Below are positions 9,610 through 19,625 of a stretch of DNA of 64,000 nucleotides, one piece after another. The notes below the pieces were generated by a model that did not search any database, was not told where the DNA came from, and saw only the letters and a list, made by a program, of their open reading frames with translations. How positions within the stretch are numbered: the stretch's first letter is position 1; every line of letters starts with the position of its first letter. Origin of the DNA: Acidobacteriota bacterium (lineage in GTDB: Bacteria; Acidobacteriota; UBA6911; RPQK01; JAJDTT01); NCBI GenBank assembly GCA_965217775.1, contig CBDCJH010000002.1:4224001-4288000 (forward strand). Direction: 5' to 3'. The translations under genes and the position numbers were made by a program.

Positions 9610-10851
9610 ATGATCGACAGGACGTTATTGATCGCCGTTTCCTTCCTCTTTCTCTCCATGCCTGTCCAGGCCAAGGAGAAGCTCATGATCCTGAGCTGGG
9701 GCGACGTCATCTGGCAACACAAAGGGGAGGGGACGGCTCAGCTCGACACGCCGGAAAAGGTGGCCGAAGCGGCGCGGATCTGGAAGGAGCGGGGAGTGGA
9801 CCGGGTCCTGTTCCGGGCCGATGACTTTCGGGTTCTCCTCTTTCACCGTATCCGGCCCGGCTACAACAACCTCTACATCCAGGAGTGGTTGAAGACGACC
9901 AAGCGGGCCTGGGAGCAGGGATTGCTGGAGGTCGCCGTCAAGGCGATCCACGAGCAGGGCATGAAGGTCGACATGTGGATCACGATTTTCGATGAGGGAT
10001 GCCCGGAGCACGTTCTCTACAGCGATTCCGATTTTTTCTCCTGGCAATCGCATTTCACCCGGGAGAACCCGCACGTCCTCTCCGCCGACCGGTCTCTGAC
10101 CGCCAATCAACGAAAATATCACTGGGGCGTGATGGAATATGCCTACCCCGAGGTGAGAGGCTACATGCTGAGCGTGATCCGCGCCTTCTCCGACCCTCTG
10201 GATTTCGATGGTGTCTTCCTCAGCGTGCGCTCCCATTCGCCGCCCGCCGAACACGCCGACCAGTTCGGGTTCAACGAGCCTGTCGTCAAGGAGTTTCAGC
10301 GCAGATACGGCAGGAACATTCTCCAGACCAGCTTCGATCTGGAGCAGTGGCGGGAACTCCGGGGCGAGTACCTGACCCAGTTTCTCGGCAAGGTGAAGGA
10401 GCATCTCCGGAAGAAGAGGCAGACCCTTTCCATCGGCGTGGCGCAGGGAGACTATATCGGTCCTCCTTTCGGCAACATGAAACTGCAATGGCGCCGGTGG
10501 ATCTCCGAGGGCATCATCGACTCCCTGGTGGTGGGCCATATCACCAACGAGAGAGCCCGTTATCCCAACCGCACCCAGAGAGCCATGGGGTACATCCAGA
10601 ATCAGGAAGAGGACATGGGCCTGCCGTCCATCGAAGACGCCGTGCGGTTGAGCTACGGTCCGCTCTGCCAGCGTTTCGGAGTCGGCCTCTACCTGGCTCC
10701 CGGAAGTTTCCGCATGAGCTTCCGCCATCCGGCCTACGGAAGAGGCTCGCAGACGCCCGAGGTCCGCAAGAGCTTGTTTGAGGCGTTCGAGAAGGAGCCC
10801 TCCGTGACGGGAATCGTCTACGGTTATGGGTCGGTCATGGAAGAACGTTAG
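9610..10851 (+). CDS. Secreted GH-like TIM-barrel protein (GHL10/DUF187-like)
   Basis: 413 aa; signal peptide; AVKAIHEQGMKVDMW, YAYPEVR, DFDGVFL, FGFNEPVVKEFQRRYG. Confidence 0.65.
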   Translation: MIDRTLLIAVSFLFLSMPVQAKEKLMILSWGDVIWQHKGEGTAQLDTPEKVAEAARIWKERGVDRVLFRADDFRVLLFHRIRPGYNNLYIQEWLKTTKRAWEQGLLEVAVKAIHEQGMKVDMWITIFDEGCPEHVLYSDSDFFSWQSHFTRENPHVLSADRSLTANQRKYHWGVMEYAYPEVRGYMLSVIRAFSDPLDFDGVFLSVRSHSPPAEHADQFGFNEPVVKEFQRRYGRNILQTSFDLEQWRELRGEYLTQFLGKVKEHLRKKRQTLSIGVAQGDYIGPPFGNMKLQWRRWISEGIIDSLVVGHITNERARYPNRTQRAMGYIQNQEEDMGLPSIEDAVRLSYGPLCQRFGVGLYLAPGSFRMSFRHPAYGRGSQTPEVRKSLFEAFEKEPSVTGIVYGYGSVMEER

Positions 10852-10890
10852 CGGATGCCGCCCGTCGGGCGCGGCGCCGGGCGAGTCCGG

Positions 10891-11616
10891 TCACCGCATG
10901 TCGGCGACCCGGGCTTCGATCCGGAGAACGTCCATGGAGAACCGTCCCGTCACCTCTTCTCCTTCGGGAAATCCGATGAAGGAGAACCCGTAGCTCACAC
11001 ACTCCCGCAGCACCCGATCCAGGCTGGCCGGACCGGTCCAAGCCCAGGTGCGGGTCCATCGGGACTCGTCGTTCTCCAGGACGAAGGTGTGGCGCCTGCC
11101 CCAGGATCCCTGGGAAATAGGTATGGGATGGTCCGTGAAGTGCCAGCGATTGTTTCCGATGTGAGCCCAGAAGTAGCACTGGGCGCCCTTGAGGTCGAGT
11201 TCGTCTCCCCGCAGGTTCACGGAAATCCGCGCCCCGCGCAGATCCAGCTTGGGGCCGCCCACCCACCTGCGGTAGAAGATCAGGGCCAGAATGGAGTTGG
11301 GCTGCTCCGGAGTGTCGATTCTCCAGCGGGAGTCGTCGGTCCAGATGAATCCCGAACCGAAGGCGCCTCCCTTGGGTTCCCAACTCACCGGATGGAAGAT
11401 GTCGGAACCGCTCTCGATGCCGCCGTCGTAGTCGTAGCTGTGCCAGCCCTCGCTCTTGCCCAGGCTGTCGAAACCGCTGTAGAGGATGAGTCTGGCTCCC
11501 GGCCGCCCTGAATCGGAAATTCTCCGCTCCACACGGGAGGGCGGCCGGCATCCTGCCGCCAGACAGAGCAACAGCACGCAAGTCACGCTTCGGAGTCCAG
11601 CCGGCGCTCGGATCAT
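10891..11616 (-). CDS. Hypothetical lipoprotein, possible carbohydrate-binding beta-sandwich
   Basis: ATG 11616 lies 2 bp beyond the sulfatase stop; lipobox LAAGC; Trp-rich body. The upstream part of the 384-aa track ORF overlaps the sulfatase and is not believed. Confidence 0.7.
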   Translation of the reverse strand: MIRAPAGLRSVTCVLLLCLAAGCRPPSRVERRISDSGRPGARLILYSGFDSLGKSEGWHSYDYDGGIESGSDIFHPVSWEPKGGAFGSGFIWTDDSRWRIDTPEQPNSILALIFYRRWVGGPKLDLRGARISVNLRGDELDLKGAQCYFWAHIGNNRWHFTDHPIPISQGSWGRRHTFVLENDESRWTRTWAWTGPASLDRVLRECVSYGFSFIGFPEGEEVTGRFSMDVLRIEARVADMR

Positions 11617-11618
11617 TT

Positions 11619-13088
11619 TCAAACCCTGCCTTCCTCGAAGGGCAGAACGGCCCATTTCTCTCCATGCCGCCGCAGCCAGGTGACCAGCTCTCCTTGCAAC
11701 CGATCGGTCGCCCCCGCCAGAGCCGGGTCGCCGATCCGGTTGCGATGCTCGGTGGGGTCGGTTGCCAGATCCCACAGCTCGTTGGGACCGAATCCCTGGT
11801 TGCGCATCACGTATTTGTATCGAGGTTCCCGGACACAAAAGGTGTTTCCCAGGTAGGCATAGACCCGGTCCACCCAGCCGTCCGGCCTTCGTCCCTGCAG
11901 TAGCGGCCGGCAACTCCGGCCGCAGTAGTTGCCCTTCCCCGGCAGTTGAATGCCCAGCAGGTCGCAGAGGGTGGGCAGGACGTCGTAGAAGCTCACCAGT
12001 TCCCGGCGCACCGCGCCGGCCTCGATCCTTCCCGGCCAGCGCCACAGCGTGGGGACCTTCAGGACCTCCTCGTACATGACCGGAGGCCAGGCCGCCTCTC
12101 CCTTGCTCCAGAGGCCGTGGCGGCCGTGCAGGTAGCCGTTGTCGCCCACGAACAGCACCAGCGTGTTTTCGGCAAGGCCATTTTCATCCAGGTAGTCCAG
12201 CATCCAGCCGATCCGGTCGTCGAGGGCGGTGGTGGAGGCGGCGGCGCCCCGCATGTTGGTGACCGGATCATCCATCAATTCCGCCTCCCGCAGGGCGTCT
12301 CGCCGCCTGGGCTCGAAACCCACCGATTCGAAGTCCTCCTGGGCATACATGTCGTAGTACCGGCGGGGATGACCTGCGTACGGGGTGTGTGGATTGAAGT
12401 GCGACAGGGTGAGAAACCAGGGCTCCCGCCGGTCCCGCACCTGCTCCAGAAAACGGATCCCTTCCTGGTGGATGAGGTCGGCGATGTAGCCTTTTTCGGT
12501 CACCGGCTCCGTCCCCCGGAACATGTTGGGGTCCTGGTACAGGTTGGGGCGGTCCTGCGTATACCAGAACCCGTATCCATGCTGGGGGCGTCCATTGTCT
12601 CCCAGGTGCCACTTGCCGCTGTGGCCACACTCGTACCCCGAGTCCTTCAGGAGGTCGGAGATGAAGATCTCGTCTTGCCAGCTCCGGGGAAGCCGAGCCT
12701 GTCCCTGAGGCGGATTGGCGATGGGCCTCGGCGTGAGCCAGTCGTGGACCCCGGTCTGGGGTGGAATCCGCCCCGTCATCAGCGTGGCCCGGCTGGGAGA
12801 GCAGATGGGCGTACAGACGAAACCGTTCTCGAACCGGGTGCCGCCGGCCGCCAGACGATCGATCCGGGGAGTTCGGATCACCCGGTTGCCGTAACACCCG
12901 GTCATCCAGGCGGCCAGATCATCGGCGATGATGAGCAGGACGTTGGGACGCCGGTCCTGACCCGGGAGCAGAGCGGGCACCCCCAAGGCGGCACCGGTCA
13001 GGGCTGTGGCCGTCTTCAAGATCTCCCGGCGAGACCGGTTCCTGGCGGAGGAGGGGCCGTTTGGGCTGGATCGAGGCTCTGAACTCAT
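11619..13088 (-). CDS. Formylglycine-dependent sulfatase (S1), Tat-exported
   Basis: RPNVLLIIADD, CSPSRATLMTG (CxPxR), GKWHLG, GDNG, SRREILK Tat motif; start taken at MSSEPR. Confidence 0.92.
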   Translation of the reverse strand: MSSEPRSSPNGPSSARNRSRREILKTATALTGAALGVPALLPGQDRRPNVLLIIADDLAAWMTGCYGNRVIRTPRIDRLAAGGTRFENGFVCTPICSPSRATLMTGRIPPQTGVHDWLTPRPIANPPQGQARLPRSWQDEIFISDLLKDSGYECGHSGKWHLGDNGRPQHGYGFWYTQDRPNLYQDPNMFRGTEPVTEKGYIADLIHQEGIRFLEQVRDRREPWFLTLSHFNPHTPYAGHPRRYYDMYAQEDFESVGFEPRRRDALREAELMDDPVTNMRGAAASTTALDDRIGWMLDYLDENGLAENTLVLFVGDNGYLHGRHGLWSKGEAAWPPVMYEEVLKVPTLWRWPGRIEAGAVRRELVSFYDVLPTLCDLLGIQLPGKGNYCGRSCRPLLQGRRPDGWVDRVYAYLGNTFCVREPRYKYVMRNQGFGPNELWDLATDPTEHRNRIGDPALAGATDRLQGELVTWLRRHGEKWAVLPFEEGRV

Positions 13089-13167
13089 GGGCAAGTTCCA
13101 GTCCGAACGGTACACTGGACGATGTCTCCCGCCAAGGGCCTCGAGGGAGTCTGGTACAAGTGAAGTC

Positions 13168-14685
13168 ATGAGTCGGACGATCTTCAGCCTGGTTCCGTTG
13201 CTGCTCCTGTGTTTCCCGTCCGGTTACGGCAACCCTTCCCCTGCCGGAACCGTCATCGACGTGGGATCGAAGAAACAGCTCTTCATCGACGACCTGTTCG
13301 TCGCATCCCGGCACGGCGTCCGGCTGACCGTGAACCCGCCTCACAAGACCCGGGAGCGGAATCTCGTACCCGATCCCGATCGTCCGTGGGAGGCGGTCCG
13401 GGTAGCGTATCCCTGTACCGTCATGGAGGACCAGGGAAAATTTCGGATGTGGTATGACGCCATGTACGACCGTCAACCGGAGGATCGGCTCCCCTACCGA
13501 ACGGTCTGCTACGCCGAATCGGACGACGGGATTCACTGGCGCAAACCCATCGTGGGCGCCTTTGAGTTTCGGGGATCCAGGAAGAACAACATCTCGATCC
13601 CGACGGCTCCGGGAAGCGTGTTCGTCGACCCCAACGCCCCGCCGGAGGAGCGTTACAAGTATTTCGGAAGAAACCGGGTGGCGATGCTGGAGGACCGGGT
13701 CGCCGGAGCCGGATCCTGGATCTACGCGTCCGCCGACGGACTCAGCTTCAAGCCACTGTACGGAAGGCCGGCCACGCGCCAGATCAGCGACACCCACGAC
13801 GTGGCTTTCTGGGACCCGGTCATCGGCAAGTACGTCGCCTACACCAAGTACGTCGGCCACTTCGATTCCCGGGGCGTGCTGGTTCGGCCGGAGCTCCCCA
13901 CCGGAGTCCGAAAGGGCCGGAAGATCTGGCGCATGACGACCGATCGCCTGGACCGGTGGCCTCCCGCCAGGATCGTCCTGGCCATGGACGCGGGGGACCG
14001 CCGGGACGCCGACTTCTACAATTCCGCCGCCATCCGCTACCCCTACGCCGATCGGGCCTATTTCGTCTTTCCCAGCGCCTACTACCATTTCGTGGGCGAG
14101 TCGGCGCGGCGCAACGACGGCCCTATGGACATTCAATTGGCGGTGAGCCGCGACGGTGTCCACTTTTCGCGCCCCTCCCGGAGTCCCTTGGTGCGAAGAG
14201 GACGGGACGGTTCCCATGACAGCGGTCACATGTACATGGGCCGGGGCCTGCTGCGTCGAGGCGACGAGTTGTGGATGTACTACGTGGGATTCGACTACAC
14301 CCATGGCGACAGGGACACACTGGACCGGGGAGGCAACGGCGTGATCAGCCGGCTGGTCCTGAGGCTGGACGGCTTCGTGTCCGCCGACGCGGACTATCGC
14401 GGGGGAGAGATCGTCAGCCGGCCGATCCGGTTCCAGGGCAACCGCCTCGAGTTGAATATGGATGCGGGCGCCGGGGGATCGGCCAGGGTCGCACTGTTGG
14501 ACCCGGAAGGGGAACCGATTCCCGGGTACACCCTGGAGGAGTCGCAGGTGCTGGGCGGGAATTCGGTCAGGCGTCTCGTGACCTGGCAGGAGGGATCGGA
14601 TCTGTCGGCCCTCTCGGGACGGCCGGTGCGCCTCCACTGGAAGCTCCGGGACGTGAAGCTGTACGCCTTCCAATTCCAGAATTAG
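13168..14685 (+). CDS. Exported beta-propeller glycosidase-like protein, paralog 3
   Basis: Signal peptide MSRTIFSLVPLLLLC; KQLFIDD, PWE, YAESDDGIHW, SDTHD, SRDGVHF, LRLDGFVS, DVKLYAFQF. Confidence 0.85.
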   Translation: MSRTIFSLVPLLLLCFPSGYGNPSPAGTVIDVGSKKQLFIDDLFVASRHGVRLTVNPPHKTRERNLVPDPDRPWEAVRVAYPCTVMEDQGKFRMWYDAMYDRQPEDRLPYRTVCYAESDDGIHWRKPIVGAFEFRGSRKNNISIPTAPGSVFVDPNAPPEERYKYFGRNRVAMLEDRVAGAGSWIYASADGLSFKPLYGRPATRQISDTHDVAFWDPVIGKYVAYTKYVGHFDSRGVLVRPELPTGVRKGRKIWRMTTDRLDRWPPARIVLAMDAGDRRDADFYNSAAIRYPYADRAYFVFPSAYYHFVGESARRNDGPMDIQLAVSRDGVHFSRPSRSPLVRRGRDGSHDSGHMYMGRGLLRRGDELWMYYVGFDYTHGDRDTLDRGGNGVISRLVLRLDGFVSADADYRGGEIVSRPIRFQGNRLELNMDAGAGGSARVALLDPEGEPIPGYTLEESQVLGGNSVRRLVTWQEGSDLSALSGRPVRLHWKLRDVKLYAFQFQN

Positions 14686-14689
14686 TTCC

Positions 14690-16483
14690 TTGTTCTCAAA
14701 ATCTTGCGCAATCGGGCGAAGAATTTTTCGTAGGGGCGCCCCTTGTGGGCGCCCTCTTCGGTCCGGACCGGAGCCAGACGCAGCCAATTGTAGAGTTGGA
14801 TCCGGAACCGGGCTGAGGCGAACCCTCGGCTCGATCCGGCTGGGTTTCGGGACCCTGTTGATGGTGACGTCGTTGCTGGCGGCTCAACGGCAGGCGCCGG
14901 TCGACATCATCGAGGGCCGGGTCCCCCCGCCGCCCTCGGTCGGGACGCGCCAGCTCGAGGTGGGAGTGGAGATGGCGGCGCCACTGAACGCCCCTTCCTT
15001 CTTCAAAGTCGGCGACGGCCGCTTGATGATGCTCTCGTCGGGTCGGGTGTGTTACTCCGAGGACAACGGGCTGACCTGGTCCGAACCGCAAGAGTCGTCC
15101 GCTCCCGTCGCCTTCGCCACCCGCCTCAGTTCGGGGCAACTCGCCGGACCCGGACCCGATGGCCTCTTCCATGTTTCCGGAGATGACGGACGGACCTGGG
15201 AAGCACGCGGCAAGATGCTGATCGGGGACCGTTTCGCACCGGCTCGAATCGGCGGAGGGGTGGCACGGCAAGCCTACGTCCCCGCCTTTCCCTACAGCCG
15301 CGGAGGCAGTGCGCTGTTGGTCCAGTTGCGTTCGGGACGAATCCTGATGCCGGCCCGGTTCATCAGCGGTTCCGGCTCCGGCGGTCACAGTCCGGGCTCC
15401 TGGGGCATCCTGGGCGGGGAGCTGGTGGCCATAGAGGGTCATTCCCATTCTCCGGAGCCGGATATCGGCTACGTGTTCTATTCCGATGACGAAGGCCGGA
15501 CCTGGAAGCGCACCGGCGGCCTGATGGTCTGGCACGAGGAGGGATACGGCGGACTCTGGCCCGTGGATGAACCGACCATCGTCGAAGCGGCCAACGGCGA
15601 CGTGGTGCTCTACTTTCGCACCAGCATCGGCCGAGTGTACACCTCGCGCAGCCGGCCGGCGGCCTACATCGACCGCCGCGGGCAGCGGGTGCAACGCCAA
15701 GCCGGAGATCTGTTCGACCCGCCCCAGCCTACGCCGCTGTCCGGTTCCTATTCCCCATGCACCATACAGCGCATCCCCAAGACAGGCGACCTGCTCATCG
15801 TCTGGAACCAGGTCTCCGGCGAGGAGATGCGGGCCGGCTATCGCCGCGGGCGGCTGTCGTCGGCCATCAGCAGGGACGATGGGAAGACGTGGAGGTACTT
15901 TCGCAACATCGACCAGGTCGTTCTCCCGCCGGCGGGGCGTGTGGCTCCGGACCCCGATCCCCGCATGGCGCGGGGTCTGGACTACGTGGGGGTCCTGCCC
16001 GATGACTTCGGCCATGTCGGCTATCCGACCCTCGGAATCGTCGACGATTCGGTCTTCGTCACCTGGTCCCGGTCGGTGGTGAACCCCCGGGAAGGGGATG
16101 TCACCGGCAGGCGGATGCGGGTGTTGCCCCTCTCCTGGTTCTACCAGGAAGAGCCGCCGCTGCCGCCGGGTCCGAAGCTGGTGCTGAAGGTTCCCGCCGG
16201 CGGCGCCGGCGGGGGTTGGAATAGGTTCGAGATCCCGTCCGAATATTACGAGGGCCGTTTCCATGTCCGGTCGGAGGATCTGGAGCCCTACCTCAAGAGC
16301 CCCGTCGGCCGGCTGGGCTACGGCATTCGTGCGCCGCTGCATCAGGTGATCACCTGTCTGGGGTGGGAGCCGGTCTATGACCGGAGCCGTCTCGAGGATG
16401 CCCACGATCCCCGGATGATCGTCTACTGCACCCATCCGCGCGCCGCCCATCCGGCTCTGCCTTCACCGGACCAGCCGGAATGA
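14690..16483 (+). CDS. Sialidase-like BNR/Asp-box beta-propeller protein (true start probably downstream of 14755)
   Basis: Asp-boxes YSEDNGLTW, VSGDDGRTW, YSDDEGRTW, ISRDDGKTW; also DEPTIVE and GYPT motifs typical of sialidase-fold proteins. Confidence 0.8.
   Translation: MFSKSCAIGRRIFRRGAPCGRPLRSGPEPDAANCRVGSGTGLRRTLGSIRLGFGTLLMVTSLLAAQRQAPVDIIEGRVPPPPSVGTRQLEVGVEMAAPLNAPSFFKVGDGRLMMLSSGRVCYSEDNGLTWSEPQESSAPVAFATRLSSGQLAGPGPDGLFHVSGDDGRTWEARGKMLIGDRFAPARIGGGVARQAYVPAFPYSRGGSALLVQLRSGRILMPARFISGSGSGGHSPGSWGILGGELVAIEGHSHSPEPDIGYVFYSDDEGRTWKRTGGLMVWHEEGYGGLWPVDEPTIVEAANGDVVLYFRTSIGRVYTSRSRPAAYIDRRGQRVQRQAGDLFDPPQPTPLSGSYSPCTIQRIPKTGDLLIVWNQVSGEEMRAGYRRGRLSSAISRDDGKTWRYFRNIDQVVLPPAGRVAPDPDPRMARGLDYVGVLPDDFGHVGYPTLGIVDDSVFVTWSRSVVNPREGDVTGRRMRVLPLSWFYQEEPPLPPGPKLVLKVPAGGAGGGWNRFEIPSEYYEGRFHVRSEDLEPYLKSPVGRLGYGIRAPLHQVITCLGWEPVYDRSRLEDAHDPRMIVYCTHPRAAHPALPSPDQPE
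14730..14754 (+). repeat. GTAG-type REP palindrome
   Basis: GTAG-GGGCGCCC-CTTGT-GGGCGCCC: GTAG tetranucleotide followed by a GC-rich hairpin, just after the stop of 13168..14685. Confidence 0.7.
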
Positions 16484-16530
16484 CCGGCGATGTCCCGTGA
16501 CGATTCGGCACGGGAGCGGCCCGGTCGAGA

Positions 16531-18021
16531 TCAGGGAAGAAACTGGATGGAGTAGAGGTCGGCGTCTTTCAGGAGAAATCGAAGACGCACGGTTCTGCCG
16601 GACAGAGAGCCGAGATTGTTGGTCCGCTTCCAACTCACCGCCTGTTCCACCGAGTCGCCGAACAGCTCCCGGGAATCCCGTAGCGAGTAGCCCGGAATCG
16701 GGCGGCCCGTCTCGTCCTGGATCTCGACCCGGATGCTCCCCGCGGCCGAGGTCGAGTAGTTCAGGACCAGGCGGGAGCCGCTGAAGCGAATGAGCCGTGT
16801 GGTCATTTCGCCGCCGGCCAGAGGCGCCCGCACCGACACGAAGCCGTCCAGCCGGTAGGTGTACCGGCGCAGGCGGCTGGCCGGTCCCGAATAGTACGAC
16901 TCGGTAACGTAGATGGAGAGTTCGTCCGGCTCGCCTGCCACGGACGATGGAAGCGAGAGAATTCCCCAGCCGATCATGTTGTTGCGCGTGACCCATCGCT
17001 CCGGCTGGAGCCCGGGACGGACGACCGCTTCTCCCCAGCGGTGGAAGTGAATGCCGTCCCGGCTGCTCATGAAGACCCCGTCCGAAACTCCTGAGAATTC
17101 TCTGTCCTGGTTTCTTTCGGGAACGAACCGTTTGGGGAAACCCAGGTAGATGTGTGGCGCCCGGGCATAAGGGCGAATCTGGTTCGTGTAGAGATGCTCC
17201 ACCGGCGCTCCCGGATACTGCAGGAACACGGGCTCGGACCAGGTCAGGAAGTCACGGGAGTCGGCGGTCTTGACGTCGCAGACGCGCTGCCCCGTGGGAT
17301 GGGTGCGCCCACTCCGAAGATAACAGACGTAACGTCCCCTCAGACTGTCCCAGAAAGCGAGATTCTGCGAGTCGAGGGACATTTCCCCCTTGGGAATCAC
17401 GTGCTCCCGGGCGAGGAGTGTCCAGTGGATGCCGTCGGATGACTTCAGGGCATAAACGCCATCGTCTCCCCGGGCGATCGACTTGTATCGGGCGTCGGGA
17501 GAGGCGGCGAGATTGGTGTCCTTGAAAACTCCCAAAGGATTTCGCTGTTCCGAATCGGCCCAGGGATCGTCCATCCAGACGATGTTGTTCTCCCGGGAAC
17601 CCTGGTACTCGAACTGCCCCAGGTTGGGCCTCGTCCAGGAAAGTCCATCCCGGCTCTCGGCGTAGCAGACCACCGGATGCCGGACACTCTGCCCCGATTG
17701 GTAGTGACGGCCCCCGTAGTACATGCGGTAGAGGTCCCCATCCCGGAACAGGGTGTGGTGAGCGGTGAGGTTGCCCTCCCAGGGGGCGTCGTGCACCAGG
17801 ACCACCTCCCGGCGTTGGGGCTTGTGGAGCTGGAGTCGCGCATCGCCGGTCAGCGAATGGATCAGGAACCGGTCCACCAGAGGTTCCAGGCGGGAACCCA
17901 GGTCGATGGGCTCGGAGGGCGGCCCAGACGCCAACGCCACGGCGAAAACAGCCATGCAGATTCCGCCAGCAACCGACCGATGGCGGAATGAATTGAGGGG
18001 ACCACCCCGGAATCGGACCAT
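16531..18021 (-). CDS. Exported beta-propeller glycosidase-like protein, paralog 4 (start 18021 or 17955)
   Basis: LGSRLEPLVD, PWEG, YAESRDGLSW, LDSQN, EHLYTN, SRDGIHF, RLDGFVS, DADLYSIQF. Confidence 0.85.
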   Translation of the reverse strand: MVRFRGGPLNSFRHRSVAGGICMAVFAVALASGPPSEPIDLGSRLEPLVDRFLIHSLTGDARLQLHKPQRREVVLVHDAPWEGNLTAHHTLFRDGDLYRMYYGGRHYQSGQSVRHPVVCYAESRDGLSWTRPNLGQFEYQGSRENNIVWMDDPWADSEQRNPLGVFKDTNLAASPDARYKSIARGDDGVYALKSSDGIHWTLLAREHVIPKGEMSLDSQNLAFWDSLRGRYVCYLRSGRTHPTGQRVCDVKTADSRDFLTWSEPVFLQYPGAPVEHLYTNQIRPYARAPHIYLGFPKRFVPERNQDREFSGVSDGVFMSSRDGIHFHRWGEAVVRPGLQPERWVTRNNMIGWGILSLPSSVAGEPDELSIYVTESYYSGPASRLRRYTYRLDGFVSVRAPLAGGEMTTRLIRFSGSRLVLNYSTSAAGSIRVEIQDETGRPIPGYSLRDSRELFGDSVEQAVSWKRTNNLGSLSGRTVRLRFLLKDADLYSIQFLP

Positions 18022-18082
18022 CTCGTTCCTAGCGGCACAGAATACGGGAAGGAAGGCGGCGTTGCATGTACAATTCCGAACC

Positions 18083-19606
18083 ATGAAGGATCTCTCGACT
18101 CGATCGCTGCTCTGGGCATTTCTGGCGGTTGCCGTTGCGTCTTACACGACCGGCGCCCCGGCGCCCCAACCGGAAGGGAGCTCCCCGGAGGTTCTGGAGA
18201 TTGGAAGCCGCGTGGAGCTCTTCGTGGACCGGCATCTCATCGACGTCATGGACGATGTCGAACTGGAGCTGGGGCAACCTCAGCCCCGGGAGAAGGTATT
18301 CCGGTTCGACCAGCCCTGGGAGGGCAACACGCCGGCTCATATCGCCATCTTCCGGGACGGCGACGTCTACCGCATGTACTACCGGGGCAGCGCGAACAAC
18401 GACTACATCATCCGGGAGGAACTGCTTCCGGGAGAAAAGATCGTTCCCCAGCACCCGAAAGTGAGTTGCTACGCCGAGAGCCGGGACGGCATCCGCTGGA
18501 CCCGCCCCAACCTGGGCCAAGTGGAGTTTCAGGGGTCCCGGGACAACAACATTCTGGACCTGGGGGGCGCCACCAAGTTCAATCCCTTTCGCGACGAGAA
18601 TCCCGAAGCTCCCGATTCGGCCCGTTACAAGGGGGTCGCCTTCTACCGGACCGTCCCCGGCGCCCCGCCCCACTCAAAGCAGAGAGGCTTGGTCCCCCTC
18701 CAGTCCTCCGACGGCGTGCACTGGACCTGGATGGCGCCGGAGCCGGTCGTCACCGACGGGTATTTCGATTCCCACAACGTGGCCTTCTGGGACGGCGTCC
18801 GGGGCCATTACGTGGCGCTGTACCGGGACTTCGCCCACGGGGTGCGCACACTCAAATACGCCACCTCGAAGGACTTCGTCGAATGGACCCCGGGCCGGTG
18901 GGTCGACTACGGAGACGCGCCTCAGGAACATCTCTACACCAACGCGACGGTCCCCTATTTTCGCGCGCCCCACATCTACGTGGCCTTTCCCAAGCGGTTC
19001 GTGCCGTGGCGAGCCCCGCAGCATTACGACTACGCGAGCGCCACCGAGCGGCCGGGGCTCTCCGAGGGGGTCTTCATGAGCAGCCGCGACGGTCTGCACT
19101 GGCATCGATTCCTGGAGGCCTTCATCCGGCCCGGACGGAACCGGCGGAACTGGATCCACCGGACCAACTTCGTGGGCCGTGGAATCATCCGGAGCGCGGA
19201 TGACGAGATCTCGTTGTACGTGACCCGGCACTACACCTATCCCAGTGTCCACCTCCGGAGAATGAGCCTGAGGCTCGACGGATTCGTCTCGGTCAGCGCC
19301 GGTCATCCCGGCGGCGAGTTCACGACCCGGCCCTTGGTCTTCGAAGGGAAGAACCTGGTGTTGAACTACGCCACGGCGGCGGCGGGAAGCATTCAGGTGG
19401 AGATCCAGGATGCGGCCGGGAAGCCGCTGGCCGGCTTTGCTCTCCAGGACTCGATCCCGATCTGGGGAGACGAGATCGAGGGTGTGGCCCGCTGGCGCCG
19501 GGCCGGCAACCGGGACCGGGATCAGCTCCGGCGCGTGGCCGGGATGCCCGTGCGCCTGAGGTTCGTCATGACCGACGCCGACCTCTTTTCGTTGCGATTC
19601 CGTTGA
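18083..19606 (+). CDS. Exported beta-propeller glycosidase-like protein, paralog 5
   Basis: Signal peptide from ATG 18083; IGSRVELFVD, PWEG, FDSHN, EHLYTN, LRLDGFVS, DADLFSLRF. Confidence 0.87.
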   Translation: MKDLSTRSLLWAFLAVAVASYTTGAPAPQPEGSSPEVLEIGSRVELFVDRHLIDVMDDVELELGQPQPREKVFRFDQPWEGNTPAHIAIFRDGDVYRMYYRGSANNDYIIREELLPGEKIVPQHPKVSCYAESRDGIRWTRPNLGQVEFQGSRDNNILDLGGATKFNPFRDENPEAPDSARYKGVAFYRTVPGAPPHSKQRGLVPLQSSDGVHWTWMAPEPVVTDGYFDSHNVAFWDGVRGHYVALYRDFAHGVRTLKYATSKDFVEWTPGRWVDYGDAPQEHLYTNATVPYFRAPHIYVAFPKRFVPWRAPQHYDYASATERPGLSEGVFMSSRDGLHWHRFLEAFIRPGRNRRNWIHRTNFVGRGIIRSADDEISLYVTRHYTYPSVHLRRMSLRLDGFVSVSAGHPGGEFTTRPLVFEGKNLVLNYATAAAGSIQVEIQDAAGKPLAGFALQDSIPIWGDEIEGVARWRRAGNRDRDQLRRVAGMPVRLRFVMTDADLFSLRFR

Positions 19607-19625
19607 ACCGGAATCTCGATCGAGA

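Noticed and set aside
13167-18085. Divergent genes apparently sharing a CATG start (13167-13170 and 18082-18085)
   Set aside because: Likely an artefact of longest-ORF calling; signal peptides place the minus-strand starts further downstream (13088; 18021 or 17955).
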